From: Tubulanus polymorphus
Taxonomy: Eukaryota; Animalia; Nemertea
Direction: 5' to 3'
Assembly: GCF_964204645.1 (NCBI RefSeq)
Contig: NC_134026.1
Span: 8,579,950 to 8,643,949 of the forward strand
Length of the DNA stretch: 64,000 nucleotides
Made by a program: the position numbers and the translations under genes. The notes below the pieces were generated by a model. It was not told the origin of the DNA and searched no databases. It saw only the letters and a list, made by a program, of their open reading frames with translations. Below, piece after piece: positions 38,211 through 50,821 of the stretch. Numbering within the stretch: position 1 is the stretch's first letter; each line of letters starts with the position of its first letter.

Positions 38211-41200
38211 GGGATAGTTGGCTGTTTTGCAAAATGCACCACAATAAGTTTGTTTTTGGTTCATCGTCCAATTTACAATAGGATAAGAATGTACCTTTCT
38301 AGCATTAAATTGGTATCACGGGCAGATCCAGGGGGTTTTGTGGGACTTGTACAATGAGTCCATCAAATTCTTTTGAGCCTCCTTTTCAATTTTGTCAAAC
38401 AAACCGAAAATTGGTACGTTTCAGTGCGGGAGTACAAATAGGTAATATTGCCTTTTTGGACATCAAAGTGTCCTTTTGGGACTTGACAAGTTCTTCAAAA
38501 TTAGCCCCTCTCTACGGGAGTACACCTTATATTGCCTTTTTGGACATTCAAGTGCCCTTTTGGGATGTGACAAGTCCTTCAAAATTGGCCTTCCGGTCCA
38601 CCCCTGTACCCCATGGCCACATATAGAAGGTCCTTCCATCCATTAGATATTTTTGTGCTGCACCAAGATGTAGACTACACCAATGGCAGATCCAGATCGG
38701 GCGCATGTGGCATGCATCCCCCTTATTTCGGCCAACCAAACAATTCATATACATTATTCAAAAATGTACTGGGTAATGATTAAGATTTTTAAGCAAAACA
38801 TGTGCTCAAAACGCATCGGAAAGCATCTACCGGTAATTTTTCAAAATTCTCCGGGATTGGGCCGAACATGGATTGCACGGTCTATTAAGATCTCGATCGG
38901 TACATTTGCACCCCCTCACTCAATCACAATGGTCATAAGTGTAAACCGCGCGAGTTCATCAGATGAATCCGATGAATCCAGGCATTGCACTACTAGCGTC
39001 TGTCTAATAATCTCCAGGGTTTGTCAGTTTTATTGAAGCGCACTTCACTCCGACCGACGATGACAGCCTGCACGCTATCGATATCCCGGATAAACAACAA
39101 ACAGAGAGAGAGATATCTCGTAAGATAGATAGTTCACATCGGCGCGTTGATCGAGTCACATTTCATTACCATCCATAATTAACAATAATCAAGCGAGTTT
39201 CGGGACAATTATGTGCCTTTTAATAGCCCCTAGAAAATATTTAGCCAGTATTAGATTAAGCCTGCTTAATGAACGTTGTTAGTGTTTGGCTAGCTTCCAA
39301 TAACATTACGTAATACTCTAAAACACATGTTCGTTTCAGGCAGCCATTTGATTTCTAATGAAAATTCATACAAAATCTGTCTTCTGAATATGTATTTATA
39401 CAATATGGTACTGGAAATGAAACAAAAATTACCAAGGCGAATCAAGCTTAGGACGTTGACAGGCAATTAAAATTGGAAATATTGCTGATGATCTCTAACA
39501 TGAGTTTTAAAAATAAAGCTACTTAAAAACTATGGATTTACTTTCTGTTAATAGGCCTATGGATTTATTTTCTGTAAATAAAAACATCAAGTATAAGTCA
39601 ATGGCATTAAACTTGGTTTGATAGGTTACCTGCTATTAAAGAAGCCACTTTGTTCTTTAAACTGAAGATTTAGTAATGATTTTCACGGAATAATATTATA
39701 TAATAATATCTAATATTGCTAGCCATTAAAATCTTGTTGTTTCAGAATATCTTATTCTGATTTCTAGAATTCATCATTTTAAAAACTGGGACGATGAATT
39801 CGCGCACAACGAGTATAAAACCTATCTTCATTTTCCTTATCGAAAAATTTACTACTAGGTCTACAAGCTTTTCATTTCACTAATGAATTTAACAAAGTCT
39901 CGAGGGTCGTGGAGTAATCAAGCAATAATAGCCTCAATCACACAGAGAAACGTTGTCACCCAGGTCAAACTGGCTTGGACCGACCAGGACCCAAGCTAAA
40001 TTTGACCTGTGCTCAGAGAGCGTCACGCACCCAGTGACTTGTTACAAATATGCCATCAAGATGAGTACAGGCGAGACACTTCAGAATCAATGAGCGTTCT
40101 TATATGTATTACATGAACGATATTTGTATACTGTACTTCGTACAAAGTTACAATAAAAATGAAATTATGAAATGAAAATATAAATTTGGCCTGTACTAAT
40201 GCGGTGCAGGCTTGGTAGAGCCAAATTTCGACCCATTAACCGGGCCTGTTGGCAACAATGTGAACGGTCGACTCTAGCCTATCTGCCACATGGGCCAAAT
40301 TTTACGATCAAAAATGCCTATAACGACGGCTACTTTTTTCGAGGCCTACCTGAAAAATTCCCGAGTGAACTAAACGAATACAACGGCAATAGTATAATAA
40401 TAATCGTCTCTTTTCAGCGGTTAAAGTGTTGTCAGATTAAATACCACAACAAATATTTGACACTAGTCACCTGAATGATATGTAATTAAACGGTTAATAA
40501 ACTGGCACTAGGCCAGACATATATATATATAGCTTTCTCATCAAATGATCAAAAACCTTGAATGTACACGCGAGTCACATAACGCCTTATCAGTCGTCAG
40601 TCAAATTTCGCAGAACAATCGTCATTCGAACGAAAGGCCGATTATCGAAATTTAAAAAATCGAATCACGTGCCTTCGAAAATATTTCCACGAAGAACCTC
40701 TAGACTATCTAACGATATGTCAGAAGAATGCGTAAATATCGAATTAGTTTTTCTTTTTTTCGTCGTTCGGGACTATGGACGAATTTCGAGAATCCAGGGA
40801 CCGGTCGCGCGCTAACGACTTAAGTCCAAAGATGGTCTTCAATCATTTAGACCGGTCTTAACTTGTTCGATCGGTGATAGAACGAAAATCACTCTTCGAC
40901 TTTTTCTTAAAATTAATCTAGACGCCGTACGACTGGTCCCTAGGATATAATCTTGAACAGAGTCAAGCTTTTAGCATGAAAACCGATGTTGTATCTTACT
41001 TTAAAAACTTTAAATTTTTCTTTTTAACTTATCAATTTCCATCTTAAATCTATCTATACACATGTCATAGTGGGTTTTTATTTCATTATCTATTCTCCAT
41101 GTTCGAGTACAGTGGCCGTTTCTTTGTGAATAGCTTTTGGAATGCGAAACGAGATTTTTGAAAGTCTAAAAACAAATTCTATTCTTTGATTCAAGAATTA

Positions 41201-42228
41201 TCATGATTAGGCGTTCTGAACTGTATTCTCTATTACGAAAGAACTATGTGAAATTCCAGAAATATTCAGTATAGTCAAACGCGTAAAGTAAAAATAAAAA
41301 CAAGCAGACATAATACTGACATAAGGCCAAATGATAATCAGCTGATGAGCTTGAGTTAATGAGTCACTCACATTGCCTGCACTTGCACTGGTTATCTGAG
41401 TTAGTCGACTATAGTCGAACTAAATGAAAGCAATGTCAATTAAGTCGGAACTATATTGCGGAAATAGTACGAAAATCAAGCGCATTCGGTTATTAGTTCC
41501 GACCACTAGTCGACTAGCTATGAAAACTGAATTTAGCCCACGCCGCGCGAGTGGGGAGTGCAGTTGTCTTGATGTATCCGAATTCCATCCAATCCATCAT
41601 CCGCATAGGTCATATTTAAAGATTATCATGCCTGCAATCATTAATTGAACTGTTTCAAAATAACCCCACTGACCTTATGATCGCCCCGAATAGATTCTAT
41701 CGTCAATTGACCTCCGGTAACGTCGTTAATCTTGTTGATTTCATCATCATTTCCTCCCACTTCGATCTACGACAGTGGCGGCCATTTCTGTTTTGTTTAC
41801 AACAGGGGACGCCACTATATGGCCCCGCCTACGTAATACGGATTCGGCTTGTGTTCCGGACAATCAGCTGACAATTAATCTGACATTCGCGGTCTGTTTG
41901 ACTATGTAATTGCGTAATTAATGACGTTGTAAATATGTACAGAGTTTCTACGCGAGCGATATATGATTATTTACATGTGATAATTTTTCAACGCAGTTGT
42001 GGACTTAACCAGGAATTTTGGCCCAATTTCTATATCAGTGCCGTTCATTCGAGTACGCCGTGCACTTCGGTATTATGATTGAAAAATATAGACTTGGGAC
42101 TCAATCGATTTCTCAGTCGACATAACTACAACGAAAAGATATCTTTATTTTTCTGCGTCTAAATCAATTAGACCAAGCATTTGTGTATATGGATACTGTG
42201 CTAACGGCAACATGGTATGCTATTTCAG

Positions 42229-45108
42229 CAGGATTCAAGGACCAATACAGGCCGCTTTAAGACCAGGGATTTGGTGCTTGTGTTGTCAATTTTTAAGATG
42301 TCACAGGGAAAGGCAAGTCATTATATAAATACGCATACGGTGAAAATGCTGGAAAACTGTTTAGTAGGAGTATGTGAATAATGCTGCCTAGCTTTAGCAG
42401 ATGTTACAAATCATTGTGGACCTTCTGGACATCAGTTATAATGTATCAAAACGCGGATAATGGTTATATTTGGAGCTAGAAACCTGATTTATGAATTGAT
42501 TCTCAATGAAGTTATGTACACCTTTTATATATATAGACCATTTTTTCCGAACGTCAAACCAGTTCTGATAATTGATGGTATATGTATATTAGCTATCAAC
42601 TAATGAATGATTTTTTGTCATTTCAGATGGCATCTTTCATTGAGCGTTTCAGAACACATAAACCAGTTAGAAGCTGCCATCGAAAAGATACAGCAAAATG
42701 ATCCAAATTCAACTTATCAAATTGCAAAGGTAAAAAGTTAAGCCTTGTTTAGTTTTAGTTTGATGACATTTCTGGCGCTTAAATCTATGCATGCACGCAA
42801 TGAAACTTGGTTTTGCTAAACTTGGATACGATTAAGAAATCTTAACCAAAATTTGAAAAACGTAGTTTAATCTCCAACTGGATAACCGCCAACCTATGGA
42901 AAAGTCTACGTATGATAACGAATATAAAGGACGCATGATCCTAGTCCTCTGAAGTGTTGCTCAAGTGAATGCCTCCAATTTATGCAACGAAGTTAATATC
43001 CTGGTTTTTTTTCATACCGGTATTTGTTTAAATGCAGATAAATGACCTGACAGGATTTGTACAAATATATTGTTACACAAGAGCCGAATGGCTAGACGTC
43101 ATGGAAATCGATTTTAACACCGGCAAGGTCAGTGTCACATGTTACATAGATTATCTTTGACTGATATTGTAAATTGTAATAAAACAAGCCCAGACACGTG
43201 AAATGTGTAATATAATATCCAAATACTGGTAAATTAATAGCAGATATTTCTAATCGGAAAAAGCCTTAAACCGGAGCGCTCCCCCTCAAAATTTCAAGGT
43301 GCCCTAAAAAAAACTCAAAAGAAGTTTCTTTTTTTAAGTTAATTTTTTCTAAAATTAAAAATCATCCTTATTGGGTGTTTCAAAAATATTGTTCATGTTT
43401 TCGGGTGACTTTCCACCAGAAAAGCCCAGGTAGCTCTAAAATTGGATCAAACTTAGAAAATTTTAAAAAAGACCCGCCCCTGATTCTTAAACCAAGTGTA
43501 CACTGACCTTTGATTAACTTCGGTGAAATATTCTAACTAATGCGTGTAATACGTATTATTGTTTGTAGGTCTGGTCATTTTCAAGTGGGTTTTTCCCAAC
43601 TTGGGTACCGCTATGTTTCGTTTTGAATTCTGTAAGTACTTCCAGCACCGATACGAAATGAAATTGAAAGGATTGACTGTGAAATATTCGAATACTTTAA
43701 TCTGCTACCAATCGAATAATCTACGAATTTCTATTCAAAATATTGAAACAAATTTCACCCTGTCACTCGAAACACTAAGCCGGTAGGCCTCTCGATAGGC
43801 CTCTCCCCGGGCTTCCAGATGCATCCATGATATCACGAAGTAGACTCCTCCTAACGTAAATCAAATGGCACCAGTGATTTTTTTCCGTATCAGGGAATAA
43901 TTTGAGTAAGACAATGTAATGGCTTTTGCAATGGTTCTAAAATATCCGTTTTAGAAGTTAATGACAATTCCATTTGAAAGTAGATGTATTTGAGTTAACA
44001 GGGGTCGACCCTATATGTTTTTTATGCTGTAAAAACCATTGCAAAACTATTTCATCCATTGCTGACTACTATGCGTCATGTAAGGGGGTAGTGACTGAGT
44101 TAATTGCAGGACATCATAAACATTAGCATTTCAAAATAACTATTAATTACAATTGTTTATACCGGGGTACTGACATTTATCTTTTAATTGATTAATTTTC
44201 ACGATGCTTATATTCTATTTAATGAATCTATATTAATTGCAATTATGGTAGCGAATGAAAGAGCTCAGCATCATCAATATCGGGGCTATAGTATACAAGA
44301 CTGGTTGCCTGCCTTTTTATTTTCAATTTTCGACAACTCGATTCAACTAAATTGTCAACATATTACTTGCCATCAAAATGTAGACGGCAAAATCCGATTT
44401 CCAGGCCAGTGGTTCGTGGGTCATATATTTGTTTAATTTTTTCTGTTATTTAATTTTTGTCATTTGAGTTATTCATTGCCGACAATATCAACAGGGTGGC
44501 TCCTTTTATTTGACCTGCTTTTTTCCTCGGACTCATCTCCTAAAAGTCCAATCAGTTAACACAGTCAAATAGATAAGACATAGATGGAAACTGTTTGATG
44601 ATACGCACGATATAGCAATCTCAACAAATCTCCCTGACTTATCCCCAATTCTTTACCGACTTTTTTAAATGATAAGTATATTTCACAAGAGCCACCTGGC
44701 CACCCTGATTAAGCAATAAATCTATGTTATTTTATGTTATTTTACTTCAAGCAGGGCTGTCGGAACAGGGCGTAGCAGCTCGTCGTTCTCTGTACTAGGT
44801 GGTTGGCTCACGACTTCCAATGCTTCTGTGAATGAGACCGTGAAATGGCCCCAAAACGCATCTTTGGCAATTGAATTTTCAAAATTTTTCTAGGGGAGGG
44901 CCCCCACACCCCCTTCAGAAATAAGCCTCGCCACTGAAAAATTCTCTCCGACGGCTCTGTCAAGGTGTCAAAAGATTTTCAATTCTAAGTTTTCTTCTTA
45001 TTTCAGTTGCTGTTCTTCTTTCCATTTTTCGACTGGAACGTGAACAAAAACAGAGTTGAAGCCTTTCGAACGACGTTAGGGTTATCCGTCGAATCAGACC
45101 AGGTCTAA
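42229..45108 (+). CDS. Uncharacterised protein of about 150 aa, DUF1499-like C-terminus with a hydrophobic segment; first coding exon uncertain
   Basis: join(42229..42312,42627..42729,43038..43127,43569..43631,45007..45108) reads through to TAA. Translation: RIQGPIQAALRPGIWCLCCQFLRCHRER/WHLSLSVSEHINQLEAAIEKIQQNDPNSTYQIAK/INDLTGFVQIYCYTRAEWLDVMEIDFNTGK/VWSFSSGFFPTWVPLCFVLNS/LLFFFPFFDWNVNKNRVEAFRTTLGLSVESDQV*. Each exon has a pyrimidine-rich AG acceptor. Donors are GCAAGT, GTAAAA, GTCAGT and GTAAGT. Phase-compatible candidate start exons: 41819..41832 (MAPP) or 41921..41928 (MT). Confidence 0.8.
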
Positions 45109-45130
45109 AATGCAATTTGAAAAATCGCAG

Positions 45131-45591
45131 TACAGTAGACTTTGATTAATTCGGACCTTTTGGGACCGTTAACCCTTTCAGTGCGTCAACACCGCAGTGG
45201 GGTGTATAAATCAGTGATGGATTTTGCTAGTACACCGCACTACGGTGTATTGATGTAATTAGTAATAATCTCTCTTGAAAAATGGCAGCACGTGTCAAAC
45301 ATAGTGAAATATTAGTAACTAACGATACACCGCGCCGCAGTGTATACGCACTATAGTGGTATTCCTGTTATTCAACACACTAGGGTGGAATTTTTAAAAA
45401 TTTTCAAATTATCTCTAGCACTATAGGGTATTAACTAGTCAGCACTGAAAGGGTTAAATGTGTCCGACTTGATGACATCCGAGTTGGATGTTGTATATTT
45501 CATATACATCACAAAAGATATTTCTAAAAAAAAGTAAGTTGAACGGTTATCCGAATTGACCGGATCGGACTTGCGAGCGGAATCTACTGTA
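45131..45591. mobile_element. Tc1/mariner-like MITE interrupted by a piggyBac-like MITE
   Basis: TA-CAGTAGAC...ATCTACTG-TA; the two flanks join to match 14196..14375. Confidence 0.75.
45169..45457. mobile_element. piggyBac-like MITE, copy 3, nested in a Tc1/mariner-like MITE
   Basis: TTAA-CCCTTTCAGTGC...GCACTGAAAGGG-TTAA: perfect TIR and TTAA duplication. Confidence 0.88.
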
Positions 45592-46926
45592 TTCTTAAAA
45601 CCATCAAGATAATTCACTATTTCTTGCTTTCTACGAAAAGGATTTTATACTTATCGATAATTTATTGTTATAATTTACAATAACTGTACATTTCTTCCAA
45701 AAATAAATGCGTTATGTCTTTCGAACCAGATCATAGTTCCTTTCGACTTTTTGCACATCATACGTTTTTAACGTTCTGCACATCTCACCTAGGTACCAAC
45801 TGAAGGAGGATTTGGTTCACATGACCGTTCTATAACGTACCTTTTCCATGTTTCTACACACTTCAATCGACTTTACTTGATATATTTTTCCCTCAAGGCT
45901 CAAAATGTGACCGATGAAAAATTCTTAAAGTTCCATTCCTCCCTATACCCCTATACACGCACAGTTAACCCAACTTGATCCGCAACATTTGGGATGATCC
46001 AGTTTACACACACCTTAGCCTAACTCAGGTGGCATAAGATCTGACCCGATCGTCGGGTGGTAATGAATCGGCAACCAGTTGCCTATTATACAGTGGGAGA
46101 ATTTTTGCGACACGCTGAGTAAACTTAAGATCGCTAAAACTGATCAGTCGCAAGCCGATAGGACATGTTTCTTACGCCTATCGGATCCATGTGACCTGAC
46201 AGCAGGGTCCGATCTAAGGAATGAAAGCACTTGTCCGGGAGGCAAGCATATCTGAAATTTTGCTTGCCCCCTCCAAAAAATACTTGCCCTTCACAGGCAG
46301 TGCGATTGGTGGCACTATCATCCGTTGTATCGAATGGGAAAAAGCTTTGTGACATAAAATTGCACTAGCCCGGCGGCCAAGTGATAATGATTACCTACTT
46401 GCCCTGATGAGAAAATGCTTGTCCCGGGCAATCGGACAAGTGCTTAGATCGGACCCTACGAGTGTACATGTACTTATGACCAATTGTATGGTCGTAGTCA
46501 ATGTACACATCACATGACACAAGTGTTCGGTTCAAAACGATCGTAGATCTCAGGTGACCTGAGTGTAGCTAAAATCCGACAAACGAGTCTTAGCCAAATC
46601 GGCGACTCGACCTTGCGATGTGACACGAGTGTTCTTAAAGACTGAACCGCAGACGATCAGATAGGATCTTAGTGCGACCTGAGTAGTTAGAGGCTCTGGT
46701 TAGCTGAACCAAAAATCACGTCCAGATCTGATCAGAATACAGATTAAACAGTATTTCACCTCGCACATATCAATATGATATCCCGAGGATCATCGTTCCC
46801 TTGATACAACGCGTTAGAACCGCACTATTTGACGGGATTCGTCTACGCGTGCCTTCCATCATTCATCGGAGCTTACTCGACCGATTTATATAATCATCCA
46901 GCGAAGTCGGACATTTTCTTTTCTAA

Positions 46927-49766
46927 TCAACTGGCGGTTTTCTGTTGACTTTGTTGCGTCTGTTCGACTTGAGCGTCCAGTAATTTCGTACGTTTGCGCT
47001 GATAGTGTTGCCAGTGAAGCAGGATTTGATCGTCGATGAACTTCGCGCACTGAGCGTTGACGATCTCTTTACGAAAATGTTCATACTGCAACAACTCGAG
47101 CGTGTGCAAACACTGCGGGTACCTACAACGTGGAGAATGTAGACGTTTTAGACACGAACTCAAGACTCGACAACGCAGCCGGGACAAATTGGTGACCAGT
47201 TTATTACAATTGAATTCGAATCCGTCAATGCAGTTCTATATGTATTTAAATTCTCTACAATTCCCCAAAAAAATTCTGAATAGCACAGAGCGGCTTTGCA
47301 GAAAACCTGTTATCGCTGCTTTTCAGCTATATTTACAAATGAACTCGATTCCTTGCAATGCAATATGCATTTAAATTTTCTATAATTCCCATCATTCTGA
47401 AAAGCATGGTGCGGCTTTGCTGCAGAAAACCCGTTATCGCTGCTTTGCAGCTATATTTACAATTGAATTCATACTGCGGGGTACGAATAAGAACGGACCT
47501 GGAACCAGTTTTTGTTCACACACACGCACAAAATTTAGTCTGTTCCAAAATTTACAACGGACCTGAACTGGTAATTCGGGTCGGTCCACCAAATTGGAAT
47601 AGCCCGGAATGGACCAATTAGGAACGGATGTTTTGCTAGTGTGAATGCTCGGTCAGTTCTAAATTGGGACAAATTTTGACCATTTTAGATAATGGAGCGC
47701 AAACACAGCTATTTCTATCACCTTGCGATGGGAAAAAAATGAAAGACAATTGCTCCCTCATAATACGTGTATGATCAAGGCTTCACAAAGAATGGTGACT
47801 GTTGAAAGGGGTGGATTTCCAGGTTGCAGTGATTGATACTTCAATCATAGGCCTTTCAGATCGGACTATAATCTGAAAGATTTAGAAAAAAATCCATCAA
47901 AATATCTTACTTTAAATATTTCGCGTATTCAGCCTCTTTCCAATAGAGCAGGTATTTCAGGTAGTTGAGGAATGTGTTATCCTTGAAGTAACCCCGTTGA
48001 GCCAGAACTGAAAAAAAAACCATTGAAAATTGGTAATATATGACTACTGGAATGGGGCCTTTTCACCTATGGATCCCATATCAACAACAAACTCTGTAAT
48101 GACCGAGAGATGTTGGTCATACTGGATACTAATAGGTCGAACTTCCGTTTTCACGACTAGTCGTCAGAACCAATAGTCTAATGCACTATAGTTCATTTTT
48201 GCGCATTTCGCGGCGCCGAACAATATGAAACTGTCTGACCTAGCCTTCAGTGACCATGGTCAGTAGGATGGTTCACAATTTCGGGACTATACTTAAATCA
48301 GGCTAACTGAAATTCAGTTTTACTTCGTTCGCAAATAGCTATGATAACCTAAGCCCGTCCACAACTAATCGAGGAGGAACCAACTAGCTCATTGAGGAAC
48401 CAACTAGCTCATCAACTAGTTCAGACTACCAACTTACAATTCAAGTAATTCGGATTAGCCAAACACTGCACAAATTCCAGTTCAACTTGAAAGCGTATCT
48501 TCTGGTGCTCTTCAGATTCCACTACATGAAAATTAAGTTGAAAACATGATAAATTGTGAATATTTAGTTTTTTCCTCAATTACCTGTTAGGCCAAATAAA
48601 AAAAATTAGTTGTTTATCGTCCCTGCCCGACTCTACGAAAAATACCCGACCCAATTTTTTTTTTTTTTATTGTGTTCTATTTTGGTTCCAATCGAAAATA
48701 TTTGCCATAGCTACCGTTTCATGTCGATTGTAGGACAGTATAGCAGCAAACAAAACGATTTATCGATCGACGAAATACGTTCACTGAATAACAAATTGAA
48801 GTCAATATTCGGTTATGGAGCGTACACAGCGTGGATTTCCGGTTGTGGAGCATATTTCGATCGATTTTAAAATCTAAGTTAATAAAGTTCTATGAATTGA
48901 ATTGTATTTGTATGGCTTGTGGCGCCACACTTCCAGTCGATGGAAAACATGCTTTATTTTATCAATCGTATATCATTTACAACACTCGATCTAAAATTAA
49001 AAATAAAAACCTCATGGCCGACCCAAGCTTTTTGAAAAAAGGACGATAAAAAACTAATTTTTTTTATTTGGCCCTAGGTGTCACAATTGGATATTTTCGC
49101 AAACGATTAGGCTACTAGGCTATCCGATATCAAAAGTTTACCACCACCTAGTTATTCGCGGTAGCTATTTTGGCCGATTTTCTGGCAGAAAACGGCGATT
49201 TCGTTGCGAAATATTCATCGTAGAGCAATAGTTATCAGGCTCATTGGAAAAAGTAATCTTCTGGACCGAGTTCCACAGTTGTGAGTTAGAGTTAACTCTG
49301 AGTTAAAGTTAGTTCATTTTCGATGAGTTAACTCGGAGTTAAATCTTAACTCGGAACTGTGGAACTGGACCCTGGTTTGTATATGAGTTTATTTCGTGAA
49401 AATCGGTTGAAAATTCGGGAAATGACAGTCAATTGAATTGGGAAAAGACCCACACCGTCAAAGCCCATATTGAAGTGAATGTGCTAGCCACTACTAAAAG
49501 TCCAAACTTTGGCTAAAAAATTCGTTTTTATTTCAAATATAGCCAGGCCAGCACACACACAACGTCAACAGGGCCAGAAAAATTGACAGTGCGCGTTTAA
49601 ACTTAATTCAAGAAGACTTTGGTTTTACGAATGCAACTTCTTGCGTTGGGAAACATCACTCAAAATATTGAGAAAACATGAAAATCGACTGTTTTTTACC
49701 TGAAGGAGGAAGATTTGACAGGTGATTTTGAGCCGACTGTCCACGCGCAGCCATTTTGGAGGCCAT
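46927..49766 (-). CDS. MED31: Mediator of RNA polymerase II transcription subunit 31 (SOH1 family), 147 aa, 4 exons
   Basis: complement join(49700..49766,48438..48521,47911..48007,46927..47122) = 444 nt, GT-AG and phase-consistent. Translation includes [96 protein letters not shown], the near-invariant MED31 core. An alternative in-frame ATG lies at 49754. Confidence 0.97.
47204..47470. repeat. Diverged tandem repeat of about 125 bp x 2, in MED31 intron 3
   Basis: GCAGAAAACC(T/C)GTTATCGCTGCTTT.CAGCTATATTTACAA occurs twice. Confidence 0.75.
49261..49374. mobile_element. Short palindromic MITE flanked by a CTG duplication, in MED31 intron 1
   Basis: CTG-GACCGAGTTCCACAGTT...AACTGTGGAACTGGACC-CTG. 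Confidence 0.75.
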
Positions 49767-49900
49767 TTTGAAAGAATCCGCAGTCCGACTGTCCGATCCC
49801 GTGTCCGCTCCGCATGGCCGCCTCCACGAAAATTGAAAAACGAAAATAATTGCATTTTTTGTCCTCAAGTGTGACATATGATTGAAAAAATCTAGTTGGT
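49767..49900. promoter_or_regulatory. Putative bidirectional promoter shared by MED31 (-) and INTS2 (+)
   Basis: CpG-rich patch immediately upstream of the MED31 ATG, with two YY1-like GCCATTTTG motifs at about 49750-49770. A + strand donor TG|GTATGT at 49899 could splice to the INTS2 acceptor at 50794-50795. Inferred from layout only. Confidence 0.55.
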
Positions 49901-50355
49901 ATGTCATTATATCGTGAAATTTTCATGGAAAATACGATTTTGCTTGCTGTTTTGACCCTACACAGCTAGATAATGGTTTTAAACTGCGAAATGTCATCGT
50001 TTTCTGCACAACACAACAAACCAATACAATTCAATCCATTTTTATTGTTCCATATCGTTATATAGCTCTACATTATTGGATGGTATACACTAAGACAAAA
50101 AACTTCATACATATTTTGGGGCGCCGACTACAGTTAGGTGTCCCTAATGGTAATGTACATCGTTAACACACTATTCTTTATAAGCGTCACAGAGTCCCCC
50201 TGGCCCTGGATCCGACATGTCATGACCCAGTTTGAATACCAGTCGTTGTTACCGGTCCCTACAGTTGTTTGTGGAACGACGGCTAGATACTAGACTAGTC
50301 ATGACCTAGACTGCAGCAGGGGCTGATCCAGGGGGATTCCAGGGTGTCCGGAATA

Positions 50356-50573
50356 GCGGCATCAGTAGCTCAGTGAGATATGGCGTGATGCTGTTGCAAC
50401 CGATATCAGTGCTGAGCGACAAGTGGGTTCGAGTCCTGCTGGCTGCATTCAGTGTGTGGGCAACACTTCAAAGGCCGTCCGGTCCCGTTGTGAGGTTAAA
50501 TCAATAATCCAGTAGTGTTAGTCTTGGGAAACCAAGATCCAAGCGACGTAAAGCCAAACAAACAAAACAAAAC
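50356..50573 (+). mobile_element. tRNA-derived SINE with (CAAA)n tail, upstream of the first INTS2 coding exon
   Basis: A-box-like GTAGCTCAGTG, B-box GGGTTCGAGTCC (50425-50436) and 3' end GACGTAAAGCCAAACAAACAAAACAAAAC. Does not fold as an intact tRNA. Confidence 0.7.
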
Positions 50574-50821
50574 CCACTTTTAACACTGCTATTCCAAATC
50601 ATTTTGAAAAAAATCAATAGTAACTCCATCATTGAATGCAAAATATCCCAAACCACTGTCTTGACTCCACGATGCTTGACTGAAGTGTTTAAAAACACAG
50701 GCTCCATGTAGACCCTTTGATTTAGTTCTATGATAGACAAATCAAAGATTCGAGATTAACTACAATTCATTGAATTTTGAACTCATGTTTTCTAGGTGAC
50801 TGTGAACCAACCATCTCAGAT

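Noticed and set aside
41997-42069. Possible extra upstream exon of the uncharacterised gene (VDLTRNFGPISISVPFIRVRRAL)
   Set aside because: It is phase-compatible downstream, but the donor is weak and I found no phase-1 ATG exon to feed it; left out of the model.
50356-50445. tRNA gene
   Set aside because: A/B boxes are present but there is no cloverleaf; it continues into a SINE body and tail.
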